The translations under genes were made by a program, and so were the position numbers. A stretch of DNA of 34,223 nt, taken from the NCBI RefSeq assembly GCF_004010195.1, contig NC_057719.1, positions 47,293,227-47,327,449 on the forward strand, in the 5' to 3' direction. Shown one piece after another: positions 21,701-32,679 of this stretch. Within the stretch, counting starts at the first letter, position 1. The number at the start of each line of letters is the position of its first letter. The notes beneath the pieces are model-generated. The model saw only the letters and a program-made list of their open reading frames with translations, made no database searches and had not been told where the DNA came from. This DNA is from Chiloscyllium plagiosum. Taxonomy: Eukaryota.

Positions 21701-24700
21701 GCCAGGTACGACTCCAACCACTGAACAGTTTGCCCTGATAGCCCATTGATTCCAGTTTTGCTAGGGCTCCTTAATGCCATAGTTGGTTAAATGCAGCCTT
21801 GATGTCAAGGGCTGTCACTCTCACCTCACCTCTGGAACTGAGCTCTTTTTTCTATATTTGAATAAAGACTGTAATAAGGTCAGAAGCTGAGTGGCCCTGC
21901 TGATACCAAAACTGGGCTGTGACCAGAACTAAACTGTATGGAAAGAAACAAAACAATTATGTAATTTTGTGCATTTTTAAGCCCACTGAAGCAAAGATCA
22001 GTTAACTAACGCTACTGCTGCTCAAGCTGATCATAGTCAGAAGTCACAACACTGGGATATAGGTCAACAGGTTTATTTTAAATTACAAGCTTTTGGAGCA
22101 TATCCCCTTTGTCAGGTAATTTCATTTGACAAAAGGGCTAGGGATTCTAGAGCACAAGAAGATAATACATAATGACTATGGATAGGATGGTATATAAAGT
22201 GATACAAACAATGCAGTCAGTTTCCCTTTATTAATAATATCCTAGTGAAGGTTTACCTTCTCCCCTCAAGAGGGCCATATTGTATCAATGGCCTGAAATC
22301 AGCTTCAAGAATTATTTTAACTTCCATTAAATTGTTCCACTACCAACCAAATATTCACTTAGAGTCGTAGTCAGAGCGGTATAGCATGGAACCAGACCCT
22401 TTCACCTATGCTGGCCAGATATCCTAAATTAATCTAGTCCCAGCATTTGGCCCATATCCCTCTAAACCCTTCCTATTCATATACCCATCCAGATGGCAGC
22501 TCATTCAATACACACCATCGCTGCATGAAAGAGTTGCCCCTTAGATCCCTTTTCTATCTTTCCCCTCCAACCTTAAGCCTGTGCTCTAGTGTTTTGGACT
22601 CTACTTCCCTGCAGAAGAGACTTTTGCTATTCACCCCATCTCTACCCCACATGATTTTATAAACCTCTACAAAGTCACCTCGCTGCCTCTGATACTCTAG
22701 GGAAAACAGCCTCAGCCTATTCAACCTCTCCCTATAGCTAAAATTCTCCAACACTGGCAATATCCTCGTAAATCTTTTCTAAATCCTTTCAAGTTTCACA
22801 ACATCCTTCCTATAGCAGGGAGACCCAAATTAAATGCAGTATTCCAAAAGTGGCCTAACCAATGTTCTGAACAGCCACAATATGACCTCCCAACTCTGAT
22901 ACTCAATGCACTGACCAATAAAGGCAAGCATACCAAATGCCTTCTTTACTATTCTGTCTACTTGTGACTCCACTCTCAAGGAACTATGAACCTGCACTCC
23001 AAGGCCTCTCTATTCAGCAATATTCCCCAGGACCTTACCATTAAGCATATAGGTCCTGCCCTGATTTGCTTTTCCAAAATGCAGCACCTCGCATTTATCT
23101 AAATTAAATTCCATCTGCCATTCCTCAGCCCATCTGACCAAGATCCTGTTGTACTCAGGAGGTAAGCTTCTTCGCTGTCCACTACACCACCAATTTTGGC
23201 ATCATTGGCAAGCTTACTAACTATACCTCCTATGTTCACATCCAATTAATTTATATAAATAACAAAAAGCAGTAGACCCAGCACCAATGCTTGTGGTGCA
23301 CCACTGGTCACGGGTCTCCAGTCTGAAAAGCAAACCTCCACCATCCACTAACCTCCATCTTCGAGTCAGTTCCATATCTAAATGGCTTGTTCTTCCTGAA
23401 TTCCATGTGATCTAACCTGGCTAACCAGTCTCCCATGCGGAACCTTGTTAATGTGGAATCCAATAAAAAACCAGCAGATTGTAGCTATTGGTTTATAAAT
23501 TAAAAGCTGTATACACAGTCTCTGCAAAAAAGGTCATAAACTCACCTTGGTAAATTGTGCCTCATCCACCAATCCAATTTTGCTACCAGCATAAATCATT
23601 TGCTGTTCAGGCTTACAACCTAAAACGAAATCCACAGAAAGCCATTACAAATAACTTTGAAGTTAGATTAAATTGCAGAATAAAATATGATTAGTGCTGA
23701 ATTATCTTCAACAAATCAAGTGCTCTCTTGTATTCGGTTGTTAATAAATAGTAGAATCAAGAGTGTGCATAGGTTGCCATGGGGTTTATTAAATAGATTT
23801 TGGAATAGTCATACTGTAAAATAAATCAAATATAATAAATGCAAGGAGTAAGAATATAAAAGTTGTTTCCAAAGGAAAACAAATGGTTTTGCTCATTGGT
23901 TGAATGTGCTATGCTATTGGGTTGTCTCCGAATAAAGAATTTCATTTGAGATCATAATGTTATCACTGCTTCTGTTCTCTGTAGGGTCAAGGAAACACAA
24001 AGCTGAACCTAAAATTTCCCCACGATTCATTCATTCTTGACTAGAATTAAACAGTATTGAAATAAATACAAAAAGTTACAGAACTGATTTCTATTTCCAA
24101 GCTCACTAACCCCATAGCTGCCCAAGCTGATATCAACCAATTCAGACCAAATCTGGGATCTGTAATTGGCCAACTGAGTCACTGAAAGGTAAAGGTCATA
24201 GATTAAGAATCAAAGTTTAACCTATTCCCAGATGACCTTTCCATTCTGTCTCAGGGCTGTGCCAGCAGTTTGTGCACAAAATTTCCACTAAGAATCTTTT
24301 GTTATAGCAACAAGTCATACAAGTATGAGAGATCAATCCTCATTAAAAGGAAACAAACACTTTCTTTTTATGGAAGAGGAAGAATATTTTCTTTCAGAAA
24401 TGTTGACCTTTGAATTTGATTCGGTTTAAAACTAGTTTGGGTAATTGGCATGTTAGTGTTAATAGCTCATCGCAGATATTACAACAGAGGACAAAAGACC
24501 AGAATCTCCAATGCCAATTTACTTTTAATGTCATACAAGGATGCAGTAAAAACTGCACATTAAACTAAATGTGTAGGTGTGTGTTTTTTTAAGATTCCCT
24601 ACAGTGTGGAAACAGGCCCAAAAAGTCCACACCAACCCTCTGAAGAGTAACCCATCCAGACCCATGCATCTAACACTATAGACAATTTACCAAGGCCAAT

Positions 24701-27700
24701 CACCTGACCTGCACATCTTTGGAATGTGGGAGGAAACCGGAGCACCCGGAGGAAACCCAGGCAAACACGGGGAGAATGTGCAAACTCCACAAAGACAGTT
24801 GTCCAAGGCTGGAATTGAACCTGGGATCCTGGCACTGTGAGGCAGCAGTGCTAACCACCGTGCCGCCCTATCAATTATACTGCAAGGGTTCTGTGACAAT
24901 ATTTTCTAAGTCCACGAGATCTACCAACGAGAAGAACAGGGCAACAGAACACGACAACCTGCAATTCATACCAAATCACATGCCTCTGATTTGGAACAGT
25001 ATTGTTAAGTCATGGAACGCTTTCACCTCCCATCAGCAATTTAAAATGAGTGACAAATACTGGTTATGCCAGTGACGTTCATATCCCAAGGAAAAATGTA
25101 AGCAAGCAATTTGACTAGTTGTGAATAATCAATCACGGCAAGAGCAGAATGGTGGCAGCCTCCCAGCATTCAGAGATGGTGGTGGCAGCAAATTCGCATT
25201 CCTTCTGATCCGGGCAGCGGCTGTAGCAGTAAAGCACACGCCTGCAATCGGAAGAGGCTGTTGCAGCAAAAGACAACAGGCCATGGCTTGGTCGAGGTGC
25301 CTGTATCAGAGGCTTAGCATTCCATACATCTTTGAGATTGGACTTTAAGATCTGGACATTCTTCTTTCCTTTTTGCCCTGTTTCTTATATTTCTTGCGTT
25401 TTTTAAAAAAAAAGTATGCTTTTTGTAACCAAAATGACTCCAGAGAATGGCAACTTTGTACACTTTTCACTGTACTCCTCTATTTGAGTACATGGGACAG
25501 TAAAATCAAATTCTAATTATTTCACACTGAAGCAATAGTTAGTAACTTCCAGAGTTGCATACATTATGATCATTGCTGTGTATTCAATGCCAATGACGTG
25601 ATTTTACTTACGTACGCATTGCAGCAGTCTTCATCTTTCACCAAACGAGAAAGTAAACTCACTAATGATAAAGCATTTCACCGGGATGTAATTGAATTTT
25701 TGAATAATTCCGAATTGGGTTTGTGTTACATTTACAAAAAAAAAGGAACAAGATAGCAGCTTTGGTTTTAAATTGGAGATTTATGAACCTTTACAATGTG
25801 TGGTAAGATCAAGATGCATTCTAATCGTGCTTCAGGGCTATGCTGATAAAGCAGAAAATTCTTTAAAGTTAAAATTTTCCAAAGTATCATTTGACCTATC
25901 CAAAAATATATTTTAAAATCAATCTAAAAATTAAAACAAGCTACCTACAATTGCAGAAAGTAAACAAAAATATTCAGTTACAATTTGAAGAGAGAACAAA
26001 CATTGAGACAAAGATCAGACACTGGTAGGGGATATATGTTGGTATGAAAACAAATAAACTTTAGAAAAAAAAAGTGATCACTTACCAGAAGGACTAAAGA
26101 ATATAAAGCATAATGGATAGGAGATCCTTCCATCAGAATGTTTATATCTGTAGCTGTAGACTACAAATGTGGTTAGAGTTAAAAAAAAAATCACCAGGTT
26201 TTGAGTGAAAAAACATGACTCGAGTTGGTGAACCTGTCCTTTATCGTAAGAGATATCAAATGATCATTCATATCTTTATTTGGAATGATAATTAGAAAAA
26301 TCACTTGCATATAAGTGCACTATTCATAAACAGACTAGACATACCCAAAGAATTAGTTTAAAAACAAGTTTTTTACTTTCCATTATTTAAAATAAGCAAT
26401 CAACCATACTAATATATTGAAAGTTATTTGATTTGTATTGCAAGAAAATATGTAATGACCAGGTAAACTGCTGCAACATGGATCTGGTTGGAAATCTCAT
26501 TTCTAGCCCATAAGAAATCTTTCCTAATGTTTCGATCAAAAGGCACAGCAGAGCACCAAGCAAAGTAATTAGTGAATCCCTGGTCTGACACAGCAAACCA
26601 ATTGGAGTGTCAATACGGTGCAACTAACCTAAGATAGGTGGACCTAGAAAACATTTCCATCTCCTCTTTTCAAATTATGCAACAATTCTTTCAACTACAG
26701 ATATTCCATTAAATTTAATTAGTTTTTTTTTCTGTTCTTTAATCAAAGAATGTTAGCTTAACCTGTCTGTATAAGCTTCCTGAGAAATCAGTCTATATTT
26801 AAATGGATGCTTAAAGACTTGTTAGCATAAAATTTTATGAACACATTAATTGGTGTAGTACCATATTTTATAGAGCAAAGAGACAAAGTTAAATCATTGG
26901 TCGATGCTGAACAGAACATTTTCAGATTCAAGGATGGGGATGGAGGAGACATAGAAACACCATAAAAGTAATTACTAGTTGGCATTTAGCGATTCCTACA
27001 GGAAAGGGGACATATGGTGATCAAGAAAGTTATCAGAGTCAGGTGCAAAGTCACTTCCAAACTTTAACGTGGAAGAGACCAACAGTTGTGGCCCTTGATT
27101 ATTCATTTCAACTTAAACTGATGGGCACCCAACAGAAGCAGGGCCATCTCTACCAGACCCCAATCAAAAAAAAAGTCACTGATTCAATAAAAAAACAAGG
27201 AAGCTTATTTTCAAAATCAATGCCTAATTAGATATAAATGTCAAAGCATTTTGTTCCAATTGGGATTCAGAACATGATCAAAGGTTGGCTCTCAGAAGGT
27301 CTGCTAGTTACACTTGAAAATAAACTGCATAATTAATTTAAATTGACCAAAATGTGCATCCAATAACAAATGGCTACCAAATATTTCCTTCCTTTCAGAG
27401 GGAGTCTACTTCAATTTCAACCCGAACATTTTTCATCACACAACGTCAATCACTGAAGAGATTTGCAATTGTTATTTTGGATACAAATGATCTGGAAAGG
27501 TCACAAAAGAAAAATTTATCAAAATCTAAAAGCCAGAGAAGGATATCTAGGTTGATGTTCAGGGAGCTCATTCTTGAGTTCTTCTGGGGAAATATCCTAA
27601 ATGACAGGCAAACAACACAAGTTAGTATATATATTTTCCCCAATAATTTCTTGGTCTACAGTAACATGCAATTAACTTTGGCAATTTGCAAATACATTTT

Positions 27701-30428
27701 ATCTTTTTCCTGCCTCCCATTTATATAAAGCCCTCATCTTCTCCCAGCTTATGATAATCATTCTCCGAGCCCTGTTAGAAACTTAGAGCACTTAAGTCAG
27801 ATCCATAAGAGAATCCTGATAAATCAAAACCATCACAGCACCACACATCATAGAGGCGTAACATCTTGCATATGGTCATTTTATCCACAGGTTATATTAA
27901 ACATTTTTTGTTTAAAATAAGAACCACCTGTCCCCAGTTAATAAGTGACTGACCTCATATTCTTCATCCAGAATCACCATCAGTTGCTCCTGATCAATCT
28001 TCACTGTGACAAAAAGGCATTCTTAATGCTTTCTTTAAAAATACTGTCAGAATTATTTTGATTATTGCAAATGTTCATTTATCACAAGTTTAAACCTCCA
28101 TTTATTTTAATAACTTTAGCCCCTCAAGCCTGTTGCAATACAGAAATGGAAAGCTTTACCCTGGTAAACATACTAAAAAGCAGTTTCTAAGATATGTTGA
28201 TTTTTATTAAACTCAGGTTTACATTTATGAATTATACCCATCTTAGCCCCACCTGAAGCATTTCCAAAAATGGAAAAATACAATTCAAAGCCAATTTAAA
28301 TTTATATAGCACTTGTGTAAATATCATGAAGCTCTTCACAGGAGCACTAAGAAACAAAGACTGGCTTTCGAGCCACAGAAGGTATCAAGTCAAAAGACTG
28401 AAAAAAAAAAGGTCAAAAAAATGGTCTTTAAGAGACACAAAGGACAAGAGGGAATTCCAACATTTGGGGCTAAGGCAACTGAAGGCACAACCCAAATGGT
28501 GGAGTAAGTATAAATTTGGAATACGTAAGAGGCCAATGTAGAGAATTTAGAATATCTAACCTTTCAATGGAGGAAATTCTCTTGAGCACAGCCCACCAAA
28601 ATTACTCCATTTTCTTTAGAGTATAGCGTGTCCACTACTGAGTTTGCATCCTCATCATATCTTTGTATTTTATTATAGAAATGCCCTGGAGCTTTTTTTG
28701 AAACAAGATAGAACCGCTGAATAAATTATTCAGTCTTTTATTTGTATATAGTAGAGCTTCACTCTTCTCCCTCCCCCAACACTATGAGAGTCAACTGTAG
28801 CCTTTCAGGTCACTGGACTAGCCATAGTAAACTAGTGACCATGAAGGCAAAGACTTTAGAAAGTTATATCCTCATTAACAAGATTTAGAATGATAGGAAG
28901 GTGTGTCACAAAGTAAGTTAGCCTTTTAAAACATTTGCAATTTGAGACTTTCTGATGCCTTTCAAATGAAACAATGTTTTCCATAAAAGGCACGACCAGT
29001 CAAAGATTCATTTTGTTTTCAGGTTGTTAAAAACTATATAAATGTCTCTCCATAGACACTGCCAGACCTGAGGAGTTTTGCAGCAATTCCTGACTTTCAG
29101 CATTTGTAGATCTTTGGGGGCTTTTTTTTTGAAAATAAAGCTTCACTGATTAAAATAAAATTCCATATGTTGGAAAACAAATCAGCCAAATTTGGACATG
29201 ATAGCAAGTGTTAGAAATAAAAGCACTCACTGTTACATAAGTACAAGTAAGCTAGCAACTTTCAGGAAGTGCACATGCACAACTAAACAATTTCAAACAT
29301 TGTTCTGGGAGATGTCACTATCATACAAGATGAGTTATAACAAGTGGCTTCCTCCATTCAAGTGTACTGAACTCATGTGTTAGAATTGTAGTTAGACTAA
29401 ACCTAGCATAAAAACACTTGAATTAACAAATCCTAAGTATTTTTTTAAATGACATTTAAAATTATAGGGAAACAACTCTCTGGCATGGGAAGAAACCTTA
29501 TCTTGTGCAAGTAGGAAGTCTCGTTTCTTCAGCTTTTAATGATGATTGACATTTTTTAGAAGACATTAATTATTTGTATCTTATCCCATGACTCTTACCT
29601 TTCTCTTTAAGTGAAATTTTTTTTTCTCTCTCTCTCTACTTCACTTCTTGTACCTGACATGATGTGGAATTTACTATTCTGCCATTAGTGATTCTTCGTG
29701 AAGGAGCTACACAGTTAGTTATCTTCCTTATTCACACCAATCCCCTACATCTGGCACTGCGAATTTCAGTCGTGGTACTCACTGCAGCGTACTGTGCAAA
29801 AATAAAACCCCAAGTGGGGCTGGGGCTGGTGGGGGAAGGCTCTGTGCAACTGGCGGGTCTTAGTGAACGGCGAGTGGCTCAGCTGGCCCATGGCACTGTC
29901 CTGGGGGTGGGGGCGTGGTTCGTTAACGCTGACATTTAAACACTGGAGCGAACCGTTCGCCATCCTAAAGACGTTTCACTCACTTATCAGGGCGGCGTTC
30001 GTGGTTTCTTTGCGAAAGCGGAATTTCTTAAGCTTTTCCAACAGCTGTTCGTCGACGCCACACAAACTCACTGGACAGCTCTGGGGGTGGGGGTACACAC
30101 AAGACAGCCCGTTTCAAACAAAAAAATAACGACAAGAGCAAAGATAGACATTGCGCAAAAACCCACCCCTCGGCCAATCTTACTTCAAATCTGATTTTGA
30201 AAAATCACGGCGTGTCTGGTTTTAATGCGGATTTCCACACCACCCTCCGGAAAACAGAACAACAACCGACTGAGGAAAACAACTTGAGTGTTTTATTTTT
30301 AGGCCGTGCCGCCGCCGCCACCTCCCTCCAGGCCGGCCGTCTCCCCGGTGACGGGGCCCTCTCTCCTCTCCTCTCCTCCCCCTCCCCCGGTGACGGCGGA
30401 CACTCGGTCGGGGAGCCCCCCTCACCAT
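18713..30428 (-). CDS. GMFG: Glia maturation factor (GMF, ADF-H domain Arp2/3 debranching factor), 7 coding exons: join(30428..30426, 30080..29984, 28003..27954, 27596..27547, 26168..26086, 23619..23546, 18784..18713). 142 aa: [142 protein letters not shown]. Family is secure; the GMFG label is tentative and GMFB-like or a third paralog is not excluded.
   Basis: Manually spliced. Exon sizes 3+97+50+50+83+74+72=429 nt give an open frame ending in TAG. Five GT-AG introns and one AT-AC intron. Hallmark GMF motifs: KFRFRKET, ELPExQPRF, [12 protein letters not shown], [14 protein letters not shown], KVFEIR. Confidence 0.96.
20600..21910 (-). mobile_element. Family-B LINE, RT plus 3' end (GMF intron 6)
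   Basis: ORF 21538..21780 ([10 protein letters not shown]...[16 protein letters not shown]); 3' tail near 20620-20670. Confidence 0.88.
21406..21451 (-). mobile_element. Extremely truncated HE1 SINE tail flanked by a perfect 74-bp direct repeat
   Basis: (TAGAT)4-TACTTACAGTGTGGAAACAGGCCCTT; 21332-21405 is identical to 21452-21525. Confidence 0.9.
22036..22150. mobile_element. Degenerate palindromic Penelope-like repeat
   Basis: caacactggg...caacaggtttatt...gcttttggagc...ccctttgtcagg, then the inverted tgacaaaaggg. Confidence 0.5.
22361..23449 (-). mobile_element. CR1/HER1-type LINE, 5'-truncated (intron 6, about 100 nt from the exon 6 donor)
   Basis: Colinear with 246-1326; ORF 22554..22760 ([14 protein letters not shown]). 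Confidence 0.92.
23546..23619 (-). CDS. GMFG: GMF exon 6 ([24 protein letters not shown])
   Basis: TTTCGTTTTAG| acceptor, |GTGAGT donor, 74 nt. Confidence 0.96.
24592..24868 (-). mobile_element. HE1-type SINE, near full length (intron 5)
   Basis: Minus strand GGGCGGCACGGTGGTTAGCACTGCTGCC head, GGTTCAATTCC B box, central core, TTTCCACACTGTAGGGAATCT tail. Confidence 0.92.
24890..25090 (+). mobile_element. Decayed family-B LINE 3' end
   Basis: Similar to 14660-14947. Confidence 0.6.
25135..25516 (+). repeat. Unclassified non-autonomous repeat with a LINE-like 3' tail
   Basis: GC-richer body ending in cttttcactgtactc...gagtacatgggacagtaaa, a stem-loop tail resembling remembered Rex/Babar-type ends. 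Confidence 0.4.
26086..26168 (-). CDS. GMFG: GMF exon 5 ([28 protein letters not shown])
   Basis: AC| acceptor, |GTAAGT donor, 83 nt, SYPLCFIF motif. Confidence 0.96.
26169..27546 (-). other. U12-type (minor spliceosome) AT-AC intron, GMF intron 4, 1378 nt
   Basis: 5' end ATATCCTTCT matches the U12 consensus ATATCCTT. 3' end TTTTTTTTTTAACTCTAACCAC| has an AC terminus and a TTAAC branch motif about 10-12 nt upstream. Only this junction gives the conserved QPR/F sequence. Confidence 0.95.
27547..27596 (-). CDS. GMFG: GMF exon 4 ([17 protein letters not shown])
   Basis: CATTTAG| acceptor, followed by U12 donor |ATATCCTT, 50 nt. Confidence 0.95.
27954..28003 (-). CDS. GMFG: GMF exon 3 ([17 protein letters not shown])
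   Basis: TTTTTGTCACAG| acceptor, |GTCAGT donor, 50 nt, in frame. Confidence 0.95.
28293..28550 (-). mobile_element. Ancient L2-like LINE 3' end (intron 2)
   Basis: atttatatagcac...cttcacaggagc...gggaattcca...ggcaactgaaggcac matches remembered L2 3' consensus. Confidence 0.6.
29984..30080 (-). CDS. GMFG: GMF exon 2 ([32 protein letters not shown])
   Basis: CCACCCCCAG| acceptor, |GTGAGT donor, 97 nt, KFRFRKET motif. Confidence 0.96.
30426..30428 (-). CDS. GMFG: GMF coding exon 1 (start codon only)
   Basis: Minus strand reads GAGAAT-ATG|GTGAGG, a strong donor inside the CpG island. Phase 0 fits exon 2 (AGC, Ser2). ATG-only first coding exons are typical of ADF/cofilin/GMF genes. Confidence 0.88.
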
Positions 30429-30829
30429 ATTCTCAACGATCCTCTTCCCAACACTTTTCCAAACGCGGCGACTCCTGCTTTTTCCCTGCGGCTCGTGATC
30501 CACGCGAGAACCAATCAGACCCGGACCTTCCTTCCTCACTCCGCTGACATCATCGGGAAGAGCGTCGGGATCTGGGAACGGAGCCGCCCAGGAATCCGAG
30601 AGAGGCGCCTCTGAGTCTTCCCCCCTCCCCCCGGATTAGAAACACTGGAGTTGTTGAAACCTGCCAGAAATAGATGCGATTATCTCCCACAACAGCTGTA
30701 GGGTTTATTTGTTTTTTCCAAAAAAAAAGTGGATCTACACAGTGTATGATGATTGGACTACACACATCTCTCAATAAGAACACAGACCTTCTTCTCTTCC
30801 TTTAAAATCAGCCTGTTCAGAGATGTTAC

Positions 30830-30900
30830 GGTTGGTGAGACTTGGACTCAGGTCCCTTGGCTTCCAGACAGGGACGCTCCAACTGCACCACAAAAGTCCT
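30830..30900 (-). mobile_element. Short tRNA-derived SINE head remnant
   Basis: Minus strand TGGTGCAGTTGG...GAGTCCAAGTCT, degenerate A/B boxes. Confidence 0.45.
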
Positions 30901-31039
30901 CAGAGTAATCGAAAGCTCTTCTGATTGAATATGCAATAAAAGAGTTGAAAAGACTGGTGAAGAGGTTTGTGAAATGCGCACAATTATTGTGAATGAGTCA
31001 TCAGAACATTGGCGTAGAATCTTTTCATTAATATCACCT

Positions 31040-32130
31040 CTAAACCCCAGTGGGATAGGGGTTCAACCTGTCTAATGAGTGAAGTAACCCTCTGGATTGC
31101 TGACTTTGTTCATCCTTAAGTAAGGTGACTAAAACTATACACAGTGTTCCAGATGTGGTCTTGACCAAACCATAAGACCATGCAACGTGAGAATAGAAGT
31201 TTGCCACTTGGCTCATCAAGTCTGCTCCACCATTCAATGAGATCAACTGATGAGAAAATCTTCAACTTCATTTTCTTGCCTTGTCTCCATAACCCAGGAT
31301 TTCCTTATCTATTAAAAAAAATCTCAGGCTTGAGTATGCCTTTTGAAGATATGCATGGTCTTAGCAAGACTTAAAATGTATTTATAATCACCTTTGAAAT
31401 AAAGGCTGACATTCCATTTGCCTTCTCAGTTACCTGCTGAACTTGTACACTGTTTTGTGATTTATACTCAAGGATTCCCAATTTCCTCTGTGCTACAGCT
31501 TCTGTAGTTTTTGTCTACTTATGTAATATTTAGCTTATTTGTATTTCTTGCCAAAATGCATAACCACATGTTTTCCCACATTGTATTCTATCTACCAAGC
31601 TTTTGCCACTCACTTAACTTGGCTGAATGACTCTTTGTGTCATCCTCTTCACTTGCCTTCCCAGCTATTTTATGTCATCATCAAGTGATGATGTCATCAT
31701 CACTGTGCCACCAGCCGGTTAGCACTGCTGCCTCACAGCGCCTGAGACCCGGGTTCAATTCCCACCTCAGGCGACTGACTGTGTGGAGTTTGCACAATAT
31801 CCCCGTGTCTGCGTGGGTTTCCTCCGGGTGCTCCGGTTTCCTCCCACAATCCAAAGATGTGCAGGTCAGGTGAATTGGCCATGCTAAATTGCCCGTAGTG
31901 TTAGGTAATGGGTAAATGTAGGGGTATGGGTGGGTTTCGCTTCGGCGGGTAGGTGTAGACTTATTGGGCTGAAGGGCCTGTTTCCACACTAATCTAATCT
32001 AATCTAATCTTAGTTGTAATACTTCACTTCCCTCATCTGAGTCATTCATATATTGTAAATAGCTGTAGCCCCAGCACTGATCTGTGCACTTGATTAGTTA
32101 CAAGTTGCCTTGCTGTAAATGCCTGTTAAC
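31040..32130 (-). mobile_element. Old CR1 fragments, interrupted by an HE1 SINE
   Basis: actatacacagtgttccagatgtgg (LEHCV..) and ccaaaatgcataacc blocks; second CR1 tail at about 31171. Confidence 0.75.
31701..32010 (+). mobile_element. HE1-type SINE with inverted 5' end, (TAATC)n tail
   Basis: GGTTAGCACTGCTGCC...GGTTCAATTCC B box; 31701-31712 is the reverse complement of the head sequence GGTGGCACAGTG. Confidence 0.92.
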
Positions 32131-32384
32131 AAAATGCATGTTATAGCAGAACAATCTGTACTACAGGGTTCTACAATCTCCCTCCATTTAAATAATAGAC
32201 TGCTTTTGTAATCTTCCTGACCTCATCCTTAACAAACAACCTGTCACAAGTGGATATGTTGATGACAATAGTAATAGCAGTGACAACTATACAATGTTTG
32301 TAAAGACAAAGTCCAATCTCCATTCTGAAAATACCCTCCATATGTTGTATGTCACTGTCTTCACACTAAATGAGACTTTAAACA

Positions 32385-32670
32385 GAACAGCCCATTCCAT
32401 CTAGAAGGACAAGGGCAGCAGATATGTGGGAACACCACCATCTGCAAGTTCCCCTCGAAGCCTCTCACCATTCTGACTTGGAAACATATCACTATTCCTT
32501 TGCTGTTGTTAAGTAAAAATTCTAGAATTCCCTCCTGCCGACCTACAACTCATGGACTGCAGCAGTTCAAAAAGGTAGCAAACCGCCACCTTTTTAAGGG
32601 CAACTAGGGATGGGCAATTAATCCTGGCAAGCCAGCAAAACCAACATTTCATAATGAATAATAATAAAAA
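32385..32670 (+). mobile_element. Family-B LINE 3' end
   Basis: ttccatctagaaggacaagggcagcag...aagggcaactagggatgggcaattaa. Confidence 0.85.
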
Positions 32671-32679
32671 GAACAGCAC

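Larger units (their letters stand above)
29850..30640. promoter_or_regulatory. CpG island / GMF promoter and 5' region
   Basis: The only GC- and CpG-rich stretch in a CpG-depleted window, spanning exons 1-2. CCAATCAG at 30511-30518, ETS-like GGAAGGAAG on the minus strand near 30527-30535, TGACATCA CRE-like motif near 30545, CCCCTCCCC GC-box-like motif near 30621. Confidence 0.85.

Noticed and set aside
24592..24868. tRNA genes suggested by A/B boxes (also at 2137, 30830 and 31717)
   Set aside because: These are heads of SINE/LINE repeats followed by repeat bodies, with no complete cloverleaf.
27354..27728. 124-aa plus-strand ORF antisense to exon 4
   Set aside because: No recognisable homology or splice context; likely chance.
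29664..30783. Overlapping 65-116 aa ORFs in the CpG island
   Set aside because: They reflect GC-rich stop-codon scarcity and have no recognisable domains. The real coding parts are GMF exons 1-2.
30540..31040. Divergent plus-strand gene from a bidirectional promoter
   Set aside because: No convincing donor site or coding exon was found, and the downstream sequence is repeats. It cannot be excluded without RNA data.
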